Of a DNA stretch of 64,000 nucleotides, positions 36,997 through 47,900 are shown piece by piece. How positions within the stretch are numbered: the first letter of the stretch is position 1; the number at the start of each line of letters is the position of its first letter. This DNA comes from Vulcanimicrobiota bacterium (GTDB lineage Bacteria; Vulcanimicrobiota; Vulcanimicrobiia; Vulcanimicrobiales; Vulcanimicrobiaceae), in the NCBI GenBank assembly GCA_027459845.1, contig DAIDGS010000003.1:9639-73638 (forward strand). The letters run 5' to 3'. Under the pieces are notes generated by a model. The model made no database searches, was not told the DNA's origin, and saw nothing but the letters and a program-made list of their open reading frames with translations. The position numbers and the translations under genes are program-made.

Positions 36997-38249
36997 TTCG
37001 CGGCGGCCGGTTGGTCGACCCGTCGCTGCCGCTGGATGCACTGCGCGACCTGCGCATTCGCGACGGCATCGTGGTCGAGATCGGCGAAGCGCTTGCCCCG
37101 CGCGACGGCGAACCGGTTCTCGAGGCCGAAAACGCGGTCGTCGCGCCGGGTTTTATCGACATGCACGTGCACCTGCGCGAACCCGGAAATCCCGAAAAGG
37201 AGACCATCGCAACCGGCACCGAGGCGGCGCTGCGTGGCGGATTCACGGCGGTTGCCTGCATGCCGAACACGCAACCCGCCCTCGATACCGCCGAACGCCT
37301 CGCCGAACTGGCGCGCGCGCTGGCGCGCAGCGCGCGCGTGCGCGTCTATCCGATCGCCGCGATCACGCAAGCGCGGCGCGGCGAAGCCCCGACCGACTAT
37401 CGAGCGCTCGCACGCGCAGGCGCGGTCGCTTTCTCCGACGACGGCGCCGCCGTCGACGATCCGGCCGTGTTGCGCGCGGCGGCGCTCGCGGCACTCGAGG
37501 TTCCGGGCGTCTTCATTTCGCACTGCGAGGATGCGCGGCTGAAGGGCAGCGGGGTGATGACCGATGGCGCGGTCGCGCGCGCGCTCGGCGTCGTGGGCAG
37601 TCCGAGCATCGCGGAAGACGTGGTCGTGGCACGCGACCTGGCGATCGCCGCTGCGACCGGCAAAGCGTTTCATATCGCGCACCTCTCGACCGCCGGGGCG
37701 CTCGACTACGTGCGGCATGCGCGCGCTCACGGCGGTCGCGCGACCTGCGAAGTGACCCCGCATCATTTGCTCTTGACCGATGCGGCGGTCGCGAGTCTCG
37801 GTGCGGGCGCGAAAGTGAATCCACCGCTGCGGCGCGACGAGGACGTCGCCGCGCTGCGGGCCGGAGTTCGCGACGGATCCATCGACGCGTTCGCAACCGA
37901 TCACGCGCCGCATACGGCCGCCGAAAAACACGCCGCGCTCGACTGCGCGGCGGTCGGGTTTTCGGGGCTCGAAGTCGCCGTTGGTGCCTACGCGCAGGCA
38001 CTGCCCGATCTGGATCTGCTGCGCTTCGTGGCGCTGCTCTCGACCAATCCGGCACGCATCCTGGACGTCCCGGGCGGGACTCTGGCGCTCGGAAGTCCCG
38101 GTGACGTGACCGTCTTCGCCGAACGCGCGTGGACGGTCGATCCGGCCGCGTTTGCATCGCTGGGCAAGAGCACGCCCTTCGCGGGTTGGCGCCTGCCTCG
38201 CCGGGTCGTGGCGACGGTTGTCGGCGGCGAGTTACGCTACCGCGCGTGA
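36990..38249 (+). CDS. pyrC: dihydroorotase
   Basis: APGFIDMHVHLREPG metal-binding motif and FATDHAPH. 419 aa. Overlaps the pyrB stop. Confidence 0.9.
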   Translation: MLIRGGRLVDPSLPLDALRDLRIRDGIVVEIGEALAPRDGEPVLEAENAVVAPGFIDMHVHLREPGNPEKETIATGTEAALRGGFTAVACMPNTQPALDTAERLAELARALARSARVRVYPIAAITQARRGEAPTDYRALARAGAVAFSDDGAAVDDPAVLRAAALAALEVPGVFISHCEDARLKGSGVMTDGAVARALGVVGSPSIAEDVVVARDLAIAAATGKAFHIAHLSTAGALDYVRHARAHGGRATCEVTPHHLLLTDAAVASLGAGAKVNPPLRRDEDVAALRAGVRDGSIDAFATDHAPHTAAEKHAALDCAAVGFSGLEVAVGAYAQALPDLDLLRFVALLSTNPARILDVPGGTLALGSPGDVTVFAERAWTVDPAAFASLGKSTPFAGWRLPRRVVATVVGGELRYRA

Positions 38250-38872
38250 AGGAGCGGCGACTGAGCCAAGCCGTTGAGGACGAACTGCACCGCAAGCGCC
38301 GCCAGCACGATGCCGAGCACCCTGGTCACGACGTGGATGCCGGTGGTGCCGATGCGATCCCCTAAACGCGCCGCCAGGCGCATGCACGCCCACGTGATCG
38401 CGAGCGCAAACGCGTAGGCGAGTGCGACGCTGGCATAGCGCAGCGGGCTTCCATGCGCGAGGCTCACCAGGAGCAGCACGGTGGCGATCGTCCCCGGCCC
38501 GGAGATCATCGGGATCGCCAACGGAAAGACGGCCGGATTGTCGCCGCTGGCTGCGGCCTGCTCCTCGGCTTGGGTTCCGCGCGCTCCGGTCGGCCGGCCG
38601 AACAGCATGTCGATCGCGATCAAAAAGAGCAGCACGCCGCCGGCGATCGTGAACGCCGGCAAGGTGATACCCAAGTAGCGTAGGACGGCGGTCCCCACCA
38701 GCCCCATGACCAGCATGACGATGGCCGCAACTACGACCGCCTGATCGACGACCACCGCACGCTTGCGTGGTGTGAAGCGAGCGGTCGTCGTCAGGGTGAG
38801 CGGAATCATGCCGATCGGATCGATGATCGTCAGCGCCGTTGCGAGCGCGGTTCCTGCAAACTGCCAGTCCAT
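38237..38872 (-). CDS. MarC-family (UPF0056/NAAT) integral membrane protein
   Basis: MDWQFAGTALATALTIIDPIGMIPL... is polytopic, 211 aa. It is convergent with pyrC and overlaps it by 13 nt. Confidence 0.8.
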   Translation of the reverse strand: MDWQFAGTALATALTIIDPIGMIPLTLTTTARFTPRKRAVVVDQAVVVAAIVMLVMGLVGTAVLRYLGITLPAFTIAGGVLLFLIAIDMLFGRPTGARGTQAEEQAAASGDNPAVFPLAIPMISGPGTIATVLLLVSLAHGSPLRYASVALAYAFALAITWACMRLAARLGDRIGTTGIHVVTRVLGIVLAALAVQFVLNGLAQSPLLHAR

Positions 38873-38950
38873 GAGGCCCTAGTCTACCATACGGTCGCTC
38901 GCGTGCGCGCGGCGGGATTCGGAAGTGGCGGCGCCTAACGCACGGTACCC

Positions 38951-40045
38951 ATGCCCCAAGCCGCCCTGTTTCTCGCCGATGGCAGCCGCTTCGACGGATC
39001 GGGGCTGGGCATCGAAGGCATCGCCTTCGGGGAAGCCGTTTTTTACACCGGAATGACCGGATACGAAGAGGCCCTCACCGATCCGTCGTACGCCGGTCAA
39101 ATTCTCACCTTCACGTATCCGTTGATCGGCAACTACGGCGTTTCGGGATCGGCCGCGCAGTACGCGCGCGCGTGCGTCGCCGGCGCAATCGTGAAGCAAC
39201 TCTGCGCGCATCCGTCGCATCATGCCAGTCAGTGCGATCTCGGGACCTGGCTTGATCGCGAACGGATTCCCGTGATGACCGGTGCCGACACCCGCGCGAT
39301 CACGATCGCGTTGCGCGAACACGGCACGATTTGGGCGGCGCTGGCGGTCGGCGAAGCCGCTCTGGCGCGCGCCGAAGTTGAGTTGAGCGCGTTCGTACGC
39401 CGCGCGACCACCCAAGGATTGGTTGCCGGTGTTGCCACACCTCAAGCATACCGCTGCGAGGGTGCCGGCGGCGGCGCGCGCGTGACGCTCATCGACTGCG
39501 GCGTGAAGCGCGCCGTCTTGCGCGATTTGGCCGCGATCGGAGCCAGCGTGCGGGTCGTTCCGTACGATGCCGCGCTCGATGAGATCTTGGCCGACGACCC
39601 CGACGCCGTCTTCATTTCGCCGGGTCCCGGCGATCCGACCGATCTGGGTGCGACGATTGCAACGCTGCGCGACCTGATCGGCCGCAAGCCGCTCTTCGGC
39701 GTCTGCCTCGGCCATCAGTTGCTGGCGTTAGCCTGCGGCGCGTCGACCTACAAACTGCCATACGGCCATCGCGGCGGCAACCAGCCGGTACGCGTGACAT
39801 CGACGCAAGACGTCCTGATCACGGCGCACAACCACGGCTATGCTGTCGATGGCACCTCGCTGCCCGGCGACTTGGTTGCGACCATGACAAATCTGAACGA
39901 CGGGACGAACGAGGGATTTCGCCATCGCGTCCTCCCGGTTGCCGCGGTGCAGTTTCATCCCGAAGCTTCGCCCGGACCATCCGATGCCCGCGGGCTCTTT
40001 GCGCAGTGGTTTCGCGACGCCGAACTTCCGGTCGTCGAGGCATAG
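38951..40045 (+). CDS. carA: carbamoyl-phosphate synthase small (glutaminase) subunit
   Basis: GMTGYEEALTDPSYAGQILTFTYPLIGNYG, GVCLGHQLL (catalytic Cys) and HNHGYAV. Confidence 0.95.
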   Translation: MPQAALFLADGSRFDGSGLGIEGIAFGEAVFYTGMTGYEEALTDPSYAGQILTFTYPLIGNYGVSGSAAQYARACVAGAIVKQLCAHPSHHASQCDLGTWLDRERIPVMTGADTRAITIALREHGTIWAALAVGEAALARAEVELSAFVRRATTQGLVAGVATPQAYRCEGAGGGARVTLIDCGVKRAVLRDLAAIGASVRVVPYDAALDEILADDPDAVFISPGPGDPTDLGATIATLRDLIGRKPLFGVCLGHQLLALACGASTYKLPYGHRGGNQPVRVTSTQDVLITAHNHGYAVDGTSLPGDLVATMTNLNDGTNEGFRHRVLPVAAVQFHPEASPGPSDARGLFAQWFRDAELPVVEA

Positions 40046-40908
40046 CCGCTGCCGCCCTCGCCGTCGCCGCGATCGCAGCGACGCTGGGGCTGGCCCGTGC
40101 GCAGAGCCTCCAGCGGCTGACACTCACGGCGTTCACACTCTCGGCCGATACCTCCCACCCACGCTTCGAGGTTCCGTTTCACCTGATCGTTCGCGTGCGC
40201 GTCCGTCAACGCGTCGTGGCGATCGACAACCTGGATCTGCCCGTGCTGGCGGAGCTGGAACTGCTCGGCGACGTGCGCACGGTCCGCGCGTCGCGCACGG
40301 GAAGCACCTACCGCGAAGTCATTACGGTCGTTGCCCACCACACCGGGACGATCGAGATCGCGCCGGCAACGCTGGAGGCGATCGACGCCACCGACGGTCA
40401 GGCCAAGGAGTTTTTCTCCAATAGCTTGCGCTTGACGATTGGCGGCGGTCCGATCGACGCGCTGCCGGGCTTTCGGCTATGGCGTTCGCTGGGGTGGGCG
40501 ATACTGTGGCTGTCGATCGCGCTCGCAGCGGCGGCGATGCTCGCGTGGCTTGCGATCGTGATGGCCCGCCGGCGGCCGCAACCGCTGCCGGTCGCGATCG
40601 TGCCGGAACCGGCGCGTCCCATCCCGACCCTCGACGAGCGTTTTGCCGATGCGCTCACCGTCCTGCGCGCTTCGCCGACGCGCGCGACCGCCGTGACGGT
40701 CCGCGCGGCGATCTGGCGCGCGCTCGGCGCCGACGCGGGCGGTACGCTGGCCGACGCGATGCTCGCGCCGGCAGCCGGACCGCGCGCCGTGCGGAGTTGC
40801 CTCGCCGCGCTGGAGCGCGCCGCCTTTACCTACGATGCCGACCTCGCCGCCGCGCTCGAAGCGGCCTGCGCGGCGCTGGCTGCCTGCGTGGCAAAGGGGA
40901 CTCCATGA
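40006..40908 (+). CDS. BatD-like / DUF4381-like membrane protein (signal peptide, beta-rich ectodomain, one TM, helical tail)
   Basis: MVSRRRTSGRRGIAAAALAVAAIAATLGLARA signal. Ectodomain ...HHTGTIEIAPATLEAID. TM segment WAILWLSIALAAAAMLAWLAIVM. It heads a MoxR-DUF58-VWA string. The family call is tentative. The start overlaps carA by 40 nt. Confidence 0.5.
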   Translation: MVSRRRTSGRRGIAAAALAVAAIAATLGLARAQSLQRLTLTAFTLSADTSHPRFEVPFHLIVRVRVRQRVVAIDNLDLPVLAELELLGDVRTVRASRTGSTYREVITVVAHHTGTIEIAPATLEAIDATDGQAKEFFSNSLRLTIGGGPIDALPGFRLWRSLGWAILWLSIALAAAAMLAWLAIVMARRRPQPLPVAIVPEPARPIPTLDERFADALTVLRASPTRATAVTVRAAIWRALGADAGGTLADAMLAPAAGPRAVRSCLAALERAAFTYDADLAAALEAACAALAACVAKGTP

Positions 40909-41876
40909 CCGGATCGCATCCCAGCGCCCTGACCGCCGCGATCGGCGCGACGATCGTGGGTCAACACGACGTCGTCGAGAGCTTGGCGTTGGGGCTCATC
41001 GCCGAAGGGCACATCCTGCTCGAAGGTCCGCCCGGAGTCGCCAAGACGCTGGCCTGCCGGGCGCTGGCGATCGCGCTGGACGGCACGTTCAAGCGCATTC
41101 AGTTTACGCCCGATCTCCTGCCCAGCGACATCGTCGGCACCCGCATCTTCGATCAGCGCGAAAGCGCGTTCCAGACCGTGCTCGGCCCGATCTTCGCCAA
41201 CGTCGTGTTGGCCGACGAGATCAACCGCGCCCCGGCCAAGGTGCAATCGGCGCTGCTCGAGGCGATGCAGGAGCGTCAAGTGACGATCGGCCCGGCATCG
41301 CATCCGCTCCCCGAACCGTTCGTGGTGATGGCCACCATGAATCCGCTCGACGCCGAGGGCACCTACGCGCTACCGGTCGCGCAGATGGACCGCTTTCTGA
41401 TGAAGGTCGAGGTCGGCTACCCCTCATCCGATGAGGAGCTGACGATTCTCGAGCGCTTTGCGGTGGCGCGCACCGTCCCGCAGGCCCGGGTCTGTTCGCT
41501 GGCCGACGTTGCAGCCTGGCGCGAGGGTGCGCGTGCCGTGCACCTGGATGCGAAGGTGCGACGCTACATCGTCGGTATCGTGGAAGCATCGCGCCACGCC
41601 GACGGCATCGCGGTGCGCGGCGACGACGGAACGCTGCTGGCGGCATCGGCGGCGATCGACTACGGCGCGAGCCCGCGCGCAACGCTGGCGTTGGCGAACC
41701 TCGCACGCGCGCGCGCCTTCCTGGACGGCCGCGATTTCGTGCTCCCCGACGACGTGCGCGGCTTAGCGGCGGCGGTGCTGCGGCACCGCATCGGATTCAA
41801 CTATCGCTTGGCCGCCAGCGGCGTGGCAGCCGACCGCGTTATCGCCGCGTTGGTCGCCGCCGTGCCGGCGCCGTGA
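40905..41876 (+). CDS. MoxR-family AAA+ ATPase
   Basis: ATG at 40905 (ATGA overlap). GHILLEGPPGVAKT (Walker A), LADEINRAPAKVQSALLEAMQE, and ATMNP. Confidence 0.9.
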   Translation: MTGSHPSALTAAIGATIVGQHDVVESLALGLIAEGHILLEGPPGVAKTLACRALAIALDGTFKRIQFTPDLLPSDIVGTRIFDQRESAFQTVLGPIFANVVLADEINRAPAKVQSALLEAMQERQVTIGPASHPLPEPFVVMATMNPLDAEGTYALPVAQMDRFLMKVEVGYPSSDEELTILERFAVARTVPQARVCSLADVAAWREGARAVHLDAKVRRYIVGIVEASRHADGIAVRGDDGTLLAASAAIDYGASPRATLALANLARARAFLDGRDFVLPDDVRGLAAAVLRHRIGFNYRLAASGVAADRVIAALVAAVPAP

Positions 41877-42694
41877 CGCTGCGCGAGGCGCTGCTGCGCG
41901 GGCGCCGGCGCCCACGCCTGGCCGGGGTGGGTTCACCGACGAGCTATCGCGGCGACGGCTACGAGTTCGTCGAACTGCGCGCCTACGTTCCGGGCGACGA
42001 CGTCCGACGCGTCGACTGGGCGGCGACCGCGCGCGCCGGCGCGCTGCAAACGCGGGTCGTGTTGGAGGACGTCGCCCTAACGCTGGCCAGCATCGTCGAC
42101 GATTCGGCCTCGATGCACGTTGGCCGTGCGCGCCCGCTGCGGCTCGCCGCCCACGAAGCCGAAGCGGCATGGCTGGGTGCCGGCGTTGCCGACGACCGGC
42201 GTATCGCCGTCGCCGCCGACGGCATCACGCCGGCGGCCATTGCGCGCAGCGCCCCGGCGGTGCTGGCGGATGCCGCGAGCCGCCGTCGCGGCCGGCCGTT
42301 CGATCTCGCGGGCACGTTGCGCGCCGCGCGCGCCGCGCTGCCGCGCGGCACGGCGTTGCTGGCGATCGGCGATTGGTTCGAACTCGACGACGCCTACGAC
42401 GGGCAGCTCGCGGAGTTCGGCACCCGCTTCGATTGCACCGCGCTGATTGCGCGCGATCCCTGGTACGACGAACTGCCGCTTCACGGCCTGGTTCGAATCC
42501 GTGGCGCCGAAGGTGGAGGGATCCGCGCGTACGTCGGGCGCCGCGAACGCACGGCATTTCATCGCGCGGTGCGCGTGCGCGAAGCCGATCTGCTGGCGCG
42601 CTTTGCGCGGGCTAACTGGCGGACCGGGATCCTGCACGAGGCCGACGGGCGCGCCTCGCTGGCCGCGGCCTTCGGCCTGCGGTCGCTCGGGTGA
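41873..42694 (+). CDS. DUF58 domain-containing protein
   Basis: GDGYEFVELRAYVPGDDVRRVDWAATARAGALQTRV is the DUF58 hallmark. In the canonical position after MoxR. Confidence 0.85.
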   Translation: MTLREALLRGRRRPRLAGVGSPTSYRGDGYEFVELRAYVPGDDVRRVDWAATARAGALQTRVVLEDVALTLASIVDDSASMHVGRARPLRLAAHEAEAAWLGAGVADDRRIAVAADGITPAAIARSAPAVLADAASRRRGRPFDLAGTLRAARAALPRGTALLAIGDWFELDDAYDGQLAEFGTRFDCTALIARDPWYDELPLHGLVRIRGAEGGGIRAYVGRRERTAFHRAVRVREADLLARFARANWRTGILHEADGRASLAAAFGLRSLG

Positions 42695-42701
42695 GCGCGC
42701 A

Positions 42702-43622
42702 ATGAGCTTCGCGCATCCCGCGATCGCCGCGTTCGCGCTTGTGCTCGCCGCCGCACTCGGCATACTGGTGCTGCGGTTCGCGCGCCGCAACGCCGATCTC
42801 GATCGTGCCTACTCCGATATCGCGTTCTTCGATCGGGCGATCGGACGGCGCCGCTGGATTGCGCCGGCGCTCAACGCGATGTGGTTGCTGGCGCTGGCGT
42901 CGATGGCGGTTGCGGCCGGTGGCCCGCGGGTGCGCTTGCCCAGCGTCGTGCGCAGCGGCGCGGTATTCGTCTGCATCGACACCTCGGGCTCGATGGCCTC
43001 GACCGATGTTGCGCCGACGCGCGCGCAGGCGGCGGCCGCGGCGGCGCGCGCTTTCATCGCCGAGTCGCCGCCCGGAATCGCCGTTGGAATCATCGGCTTT
43101 TCGAGCACGGCCGAGATCGTTCAACCGCTGACGCGCGATCGACGCCGGGCCGAAGCGGCGGTCGATCGGTTACCGCTTCCCAACGGTGCAACCGCCATCG
43201 GCGACGCCCTGCAGTTGGCCGGATCGGCGCTCCCCAAGATTGGGCATCGCGCCATCGTGCTGGTGACGGACGGCGTCGATAATGCCGGCGTCGACCCGCT
43301 CGCGGTCGCGCGCTGGCTCGGGGCGCATCACGTGCCGATCTACACGATCGGCATCGGAACCACGGCCGGTGGCCTGATTCCCGGGACGCTCCAGGAAGCG
43401 ACCATCGATTCGGCGGCGCTGCGCGCGTACGCGCGGCTGAGTGGGGGCGCGTACGCGCGCGTCGCCGACGCCGCCCAACTGCGCGCGGCGCTCGGCCGGC
43501 TCGGACGGGTGACCGCACTGCGTTTCAAGAAAACCGATGCCGCTGCGGCCTTTGCATTGTTCGGCGGTGCGGTTGCCGTGGCCGCGTTTCTTCTCGGACT
43601 AGGAGTGGGGAAGTATCCATGA
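42702..43622 (+). CDS. VWA domain-containing membrane protein (BatA-like)
   Basis: ATG at 42702. Two N-terminal TM helices, the MIDAS motif FVCIDTSGSMAS, and a C-terminal TM helix. Confidence 0.85.
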   Translation: MSFAHPAIAAFALVLAAALGILVLRFARRNADLDRAYSDIAFFDRAIGRRRWIAPALNAMWLLALASMAVAAGGPRVRLPSVVRSGAVFVCIDTSGSMASTDVAPTRAQAAAAAARAFIAESPPGIAVGIIGFSSTAEIVQPLTRDRRRAEAAVDRLPLPNGATAIGDALQLAGSALPKIGHRAIVLVTDGVDNAGVDPLAVARWLGAHHVPIYTIGIGTTAGGLIPGTLQEATIDSAALRAYARLSGGAYARVADAAQLRAALGRLGRVTALRFKKTDAAAAFALFGGAVAVAAFLLGLGVGKYP

Positions 43623-44230
43623 GCGAAGCCCGCGAGCTTGCCGACGCGAGCGACGCGCGCGATCCGGTCGTCAGGCTGCAGCGCTGGATCGACGATGCGG
43701 CGGCGGCCGGAAGCTACGAACCGACGGCGATGACCCTGGCCACCTGCGGCGCCGATGGGCGCCCGCATGCACGCATCGTGCTCATGCGGGGGCTCGATCG
43801 ACGCGGCTTGCGCTTCTATACCTCGTACGGGAGTTGCAAGGGCCGCGACCTGACCGCCCATCCGCACGCCGCGGCGGTCTTCTGGTGGGGGCCGCTCGAG
43901 CGGCAGGTGCGCGTCGAAGGGGACGTGAGCCAGCTCTCCGATGACGAGTCCGACGCGTACTTCGCCGCGCGCCCGCGCGGGCATCAACTCTCGGCGTGGG
44001 CGTCCGAGCAGTCGGAGCAGTTGGACGATCCGCAGGTGTTGCACGAGCGCTACGAGCACTTCGCTGCGCGCTTCGAGGGCGACGCGGTGCCGCGGCCGCA
44101 TTCGTGGGGCGGGTACCTCCTGCAACCGGCGCGCTTCGAGTTTTGGACCGGGCGTGCCAATCGCTTGCACGAACGGATCGAGTATCGCGCCGGTCCGACC
44201 GGATGGCGCGTGGCGTATCTCCAACCGTGA
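43619..44230 (+). CDS. pdxH: pyridoxamine 5'-phosphate oxidase
   Basis: PTAMTLATCGADGRPHARIVLMRGLDRRGLRFYTSYGSCKGRDL...ERQVRVEG...FEFWTGRANRLHERIEY. Confidence 0.9.
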   Translation: MSEARELADASDARDPVVRLQRWIDDAAAAGSYEPTAMTLATCGADGRPHARIVLMRGLDRRGLRFYTSYGSCKGRDLTAHPHAAAVFWWGPLERQVRVEGDVSQLSDDESDAYFAARPRGHQLSAWASEQSEQLDDPQVLHERYEHFAARFEGDAVPRPHSWGGYLLQPARFEFWTGRANRLHERIEYRAGPTGWRVAYLQP

Positions 44231-44913
44231 GCGAGCCGCGCCGCTTTCGCTTCGAGATCGATCTGGGCGACGTCGTGATCGAGATCGTCTCGATCGTCGT
44301 GGCCATTCTCCTCGCGCTAGGCGTGCATGCGTGGCAGGCACGCGTCGGTCGCGAGGCACGGCTCCACGCGGCGGTGGCGAACGTCGCACGCGAGTTGGCG
44401 CGCAACCGCGCCCTGCTGGCGCCGTTGGCCGCACGCCATCGTCGGGTCGAGGCACGGCTGCTGGCCGCCTATCGCGCCGCGGCCGTGAACCGCGTCTATA
44501 CCCAAGGCCGGCTCGACCGGCTCGAGGATCGTATCGCACCGCGCGGCTTCGGCGTCTTGCAGGTGCAGAGCATCGCTTGGCAGATCGCCCAGAGCGATCG
44601 CGCGCTGGGGTTAATGCCGTACGACCGCCGCGCCGCGCTCACGGCGATCTATCTTCGCCAGCGCGACCTGGAGCGTGCGTACGCGTCGTTCATCGCGCTC
44701 GTGCAGCGTGGTAGTCTGCTCGCGCCGCGCAACGCCTATGGCGAGTTGCGCGCGTTGGTCGGCACGTTTGGCGACGTCGTCGCAGCCGAAGACGACGTCT
44801 TGCACGAATATACGACCGAGATTCCAGCGCTCGTGCGGCAGTACCGCCTCGCAGCCCCGCGCGGTGCGACGGCGGCCGCAATCCAGGAGTTTGGGTCTCG
44901 TCGGGCAAACTGA
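44227..44913 (+). CDS. hypothetical membrane-anchored helical protein
   Basis: GTG at 44227 (GTGA overlap with pdxH). One TM helix (VVIEIVSIVVAILLALGV), then an Arg/Ala-rich helical region. No recognisable family. Confidence 0.55.
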   Translation: MSEPRRFRFEIDLGDVVIEIVSIVVAILLALGVHAWQARVGREARLHAAVANVARELARNRALLAPLAARHRRVEARLLAAYRAAAVNRVYTQGRLDRLEDRIAPRGFGVLQVQSIAWQIAQSDRALGLMPYDRRAALTAIYLRQRDLERAYASFIALVQRGSLLAPRNAYGELRALVGTFGDVVAAEDDVLHEYTTEIPALVRQYRLAAPRGATAAAIQEFGSRRAN

Positions 44914-44924
44914 GCGGCCCCAGA

Positions 44925-47900
44925 GTGTCCCCACGGAATATCCTCGTCATCGGCTCGGGTCCGATCGTGATCGGCCAAGCCGCGGAATTCGATTATGCCG
45001 GCGTGCAGGCGTGTCGCGCGCTGCGTGAGGAAGGCCACCGGGTCGTCCTCGTCAACTCCAATCCGGCTACCATCATGACCGACACCGAGGTCGCCGACGC
45101 GGTATACCTCGAGCCGTTGACGGTTGCCTCGATCGAAGCGATCGTCGCGCTCGAACGCCCCGACGCACTCCTGCCCACGCTGGGCGGGCAGACCGGCCTC
45201 AACCTCGCCGTCGAGCTCGAAGCGGCCGGTGTCTTGGAGCGCTACGGCATCGAGCTCCTGGGGACGCCCGTGCGCACCATCAAGCTGGCCGAAGATCGCG
45301 AGCTCTTCAAGCGCAAGATGATCGAGATCGGCGAGCCGGTCGCCGAGAGCGCGGTCGTCACCACCGTCGAGGATGGGCTCGCGTTCGCGGCGCGCAGCGG
45401 CTATCCGTTGGTCGTACGACCGGCCTATACGCTGGGCGGGACCGGCGGCGGCGTCGCCTACGACGCCCGCGAGTTGCGCGAGACGCTGGATGCCGGACTC
45501 AATGCCAGCCTCGTCCACCAAGTGCTGCTCGAGACGTCACTGCTGGGTTGGAAGGAACTCGAATACGAAGTCTTACGGGACGGCCACGACAACTGCATCA
45601 TCGTCTGCAACATGGAAAACGTCGATCCGGTCGGCGTCCACACCGGCGACTCGATCGTCGTGGCGCCATCGCAGACGCTCAGCGACGTCGAGTACCAGAT
45701 GCTGCGGACGGCCAGCCTCAACGTCATTCGCGCGCTCGACGTACGCGGCGGATGCAACATTCAGTTTGCGCTGCACCCCAATCGCAGCGAATATGCGATC
45801 ATCGAGGTCAATCCGCGCGTCTCGCGTAGCTCGGCCTTGGCATCGAAAGCCACCGGTTATCCGATCGCCAAGATCTCGACGCGCATCGCGCTCGGTCAAA
45901 CCCTCGACTACATCCCCAACCCGGTGACTGGGGTGACCAAAGCCGCCTACGAACCGACCCTCGACTACGTCGTGGTGAAAATTCCGCGCTGGCCGTTCGA
46001 CAAGTTCCCGCACGCCGACACGCGGCTCGGCACGCAGATGAAATCGACCGGTGAAGCGATGGGCATCGGGAGAACGTTTCGCAGTGCCCTGCTCAAAGCG
46101 GTGCGCGGCCTGGATCTCAAGCGCGAAACCCTGACCGGGCACTTTTCCCAATGGAGCGAAGCCGAGTTGCTGGTCATTGCGGAACGCGCGACGCACGAGC
46201 GGCTCTTTGCGATCTGCGAGTTGCTGCGCCGGGCGCAATCGGCGGACGAGGCCGAGGCGGAAATCGCGCGGACTGCGTCGCTGTCGGCGATCGATCGTTT
46301 TTGGCTGCACGAGTTCGACGCCTTGGTCGCCATCGAAGAACGGCTGCGTCGGGCAGCGTCGCCGGAGGCGATCGCAGCGGCGCTCGAGGCCGGCTACTCG
46401 ACGAAAGCACTGCGCGAGCTGGCGCCCCACGAGCCGGCGGTTTCGATCGAAGCGCCGGTCTTTCGGATGGTCGACACCGCGGCCGCCGAGTTTCCGGCGC
46501 GCTCGCCCTACTATTATCTCAGCTACGGTGAAACCGACGAAATGCGCCGGCCGGTGCGCGAGGCCGTCGTGGTGGTGGGAAGCGGTCCGATCCGGATCGC
46601 GCAAGGCATCGAGTTCGACTACAGCTGCGTGCACGCGGCCTGGGCGCTACGCGAAGCCGGCCGCGCCTCGGTGGTCGTCAACAACAATCCCGAGACCGTC
46701 TCGACCGATTTCGACGTCTCGGACGTCTTGGTCTTCGAGCCGCCCGGCGCCGACGAGGTCGAAAGCGCCTATCGCGGTACCGGCGCGGCCGGCGTGCTGT
46801 TGGCGTTCGGCGGGCAAACCGCGATCAACTTGGCCGGCGAGCTGCAGCGCCGCGGGCTGCGCATCATCGGCAGCGACCCGAGCGCGGTCGAAATGGCCGA
46901 AGACCGCGAACAGTTCGATTCGGCGCTGGCGCGGCTGGGCGTGTCGCGCCCCAAGGGCAAAGCCGCCCGAAGCTTCCGCGAAGCGCGTGCGATCGCGCGC
47001 GAACTCGGGTTTCCGGTGCTGGTGCGCCCGTCGTTCGTGCTCGGTGGGCGCGCCATGGAGATCGTCGAGAACGAGGCGCAACTCGCCGTCTACGCCGAGA
47101 CGGCACCGCCGATCGTCCCCGACGCGCCGCTCTTGGTCGACAAGTACCTGCGCGGATTGGAACTCGAAGTCGACGCCATCTTCGATGGCGACGATATTCT
47201 GATTCCCGGCGTCTTCGAGCACGTCGAGCGCGCCGGGATACACTCGGGAGACTCGATCGGCGCCTACCCACCGCCGAGCATCGCCCCGGAAATGGAGCAG
47301 CGCGTGCTGGCGGTCACGCGCGAGGTTGCGCGCGAACTCGGCATCCGCGGCCTCATCAACATCCAGTTCGTCGTCGATGCCGATGGCTTGCACATCATCG
47401 AAGCCAATCCGCGCGCCAGCCGCACCGTCCCGATCATCCAGAAGGCGACCGGGATCAACATGGTCGCGGCGGCAACGCGGATCGCCCTCGGGGAAAAGCT
47501 GCGCGACATGGAGTACGGCACCGGCCTGCACCCACGGACCCCATTCTACGTGGTGAAAGTCCCGGTCTTTTCGTTTTCGAAGATGCGCGGCGTCGAGACT
47601 GCGCTCGGACCCGAGATGAAGTCGACCGGCGAGGTGCTCGGCATCGACGTCACCTTTGCGGGTGCGTTGCGCAAGGGTTTCATCGCGGCAGGTATCCGCT
47701 TGCCGGGTACGGGCGGCCGCATCTTGGTCTCCATCGCCGACGCCGAGAAGCAGGCGGCCATCCCGGTGCTGCGCCGCTACGCCGAGCTCGGACACCGGTT
47801 GGTAGCCACCCCGGGGACGCGCGCCGTCCTGAACGCGCACGGGATCGCCAGCGAGGCGATCAACAAGATCGCGCAGGGTTCACCGCACGTGCTCGACCTG

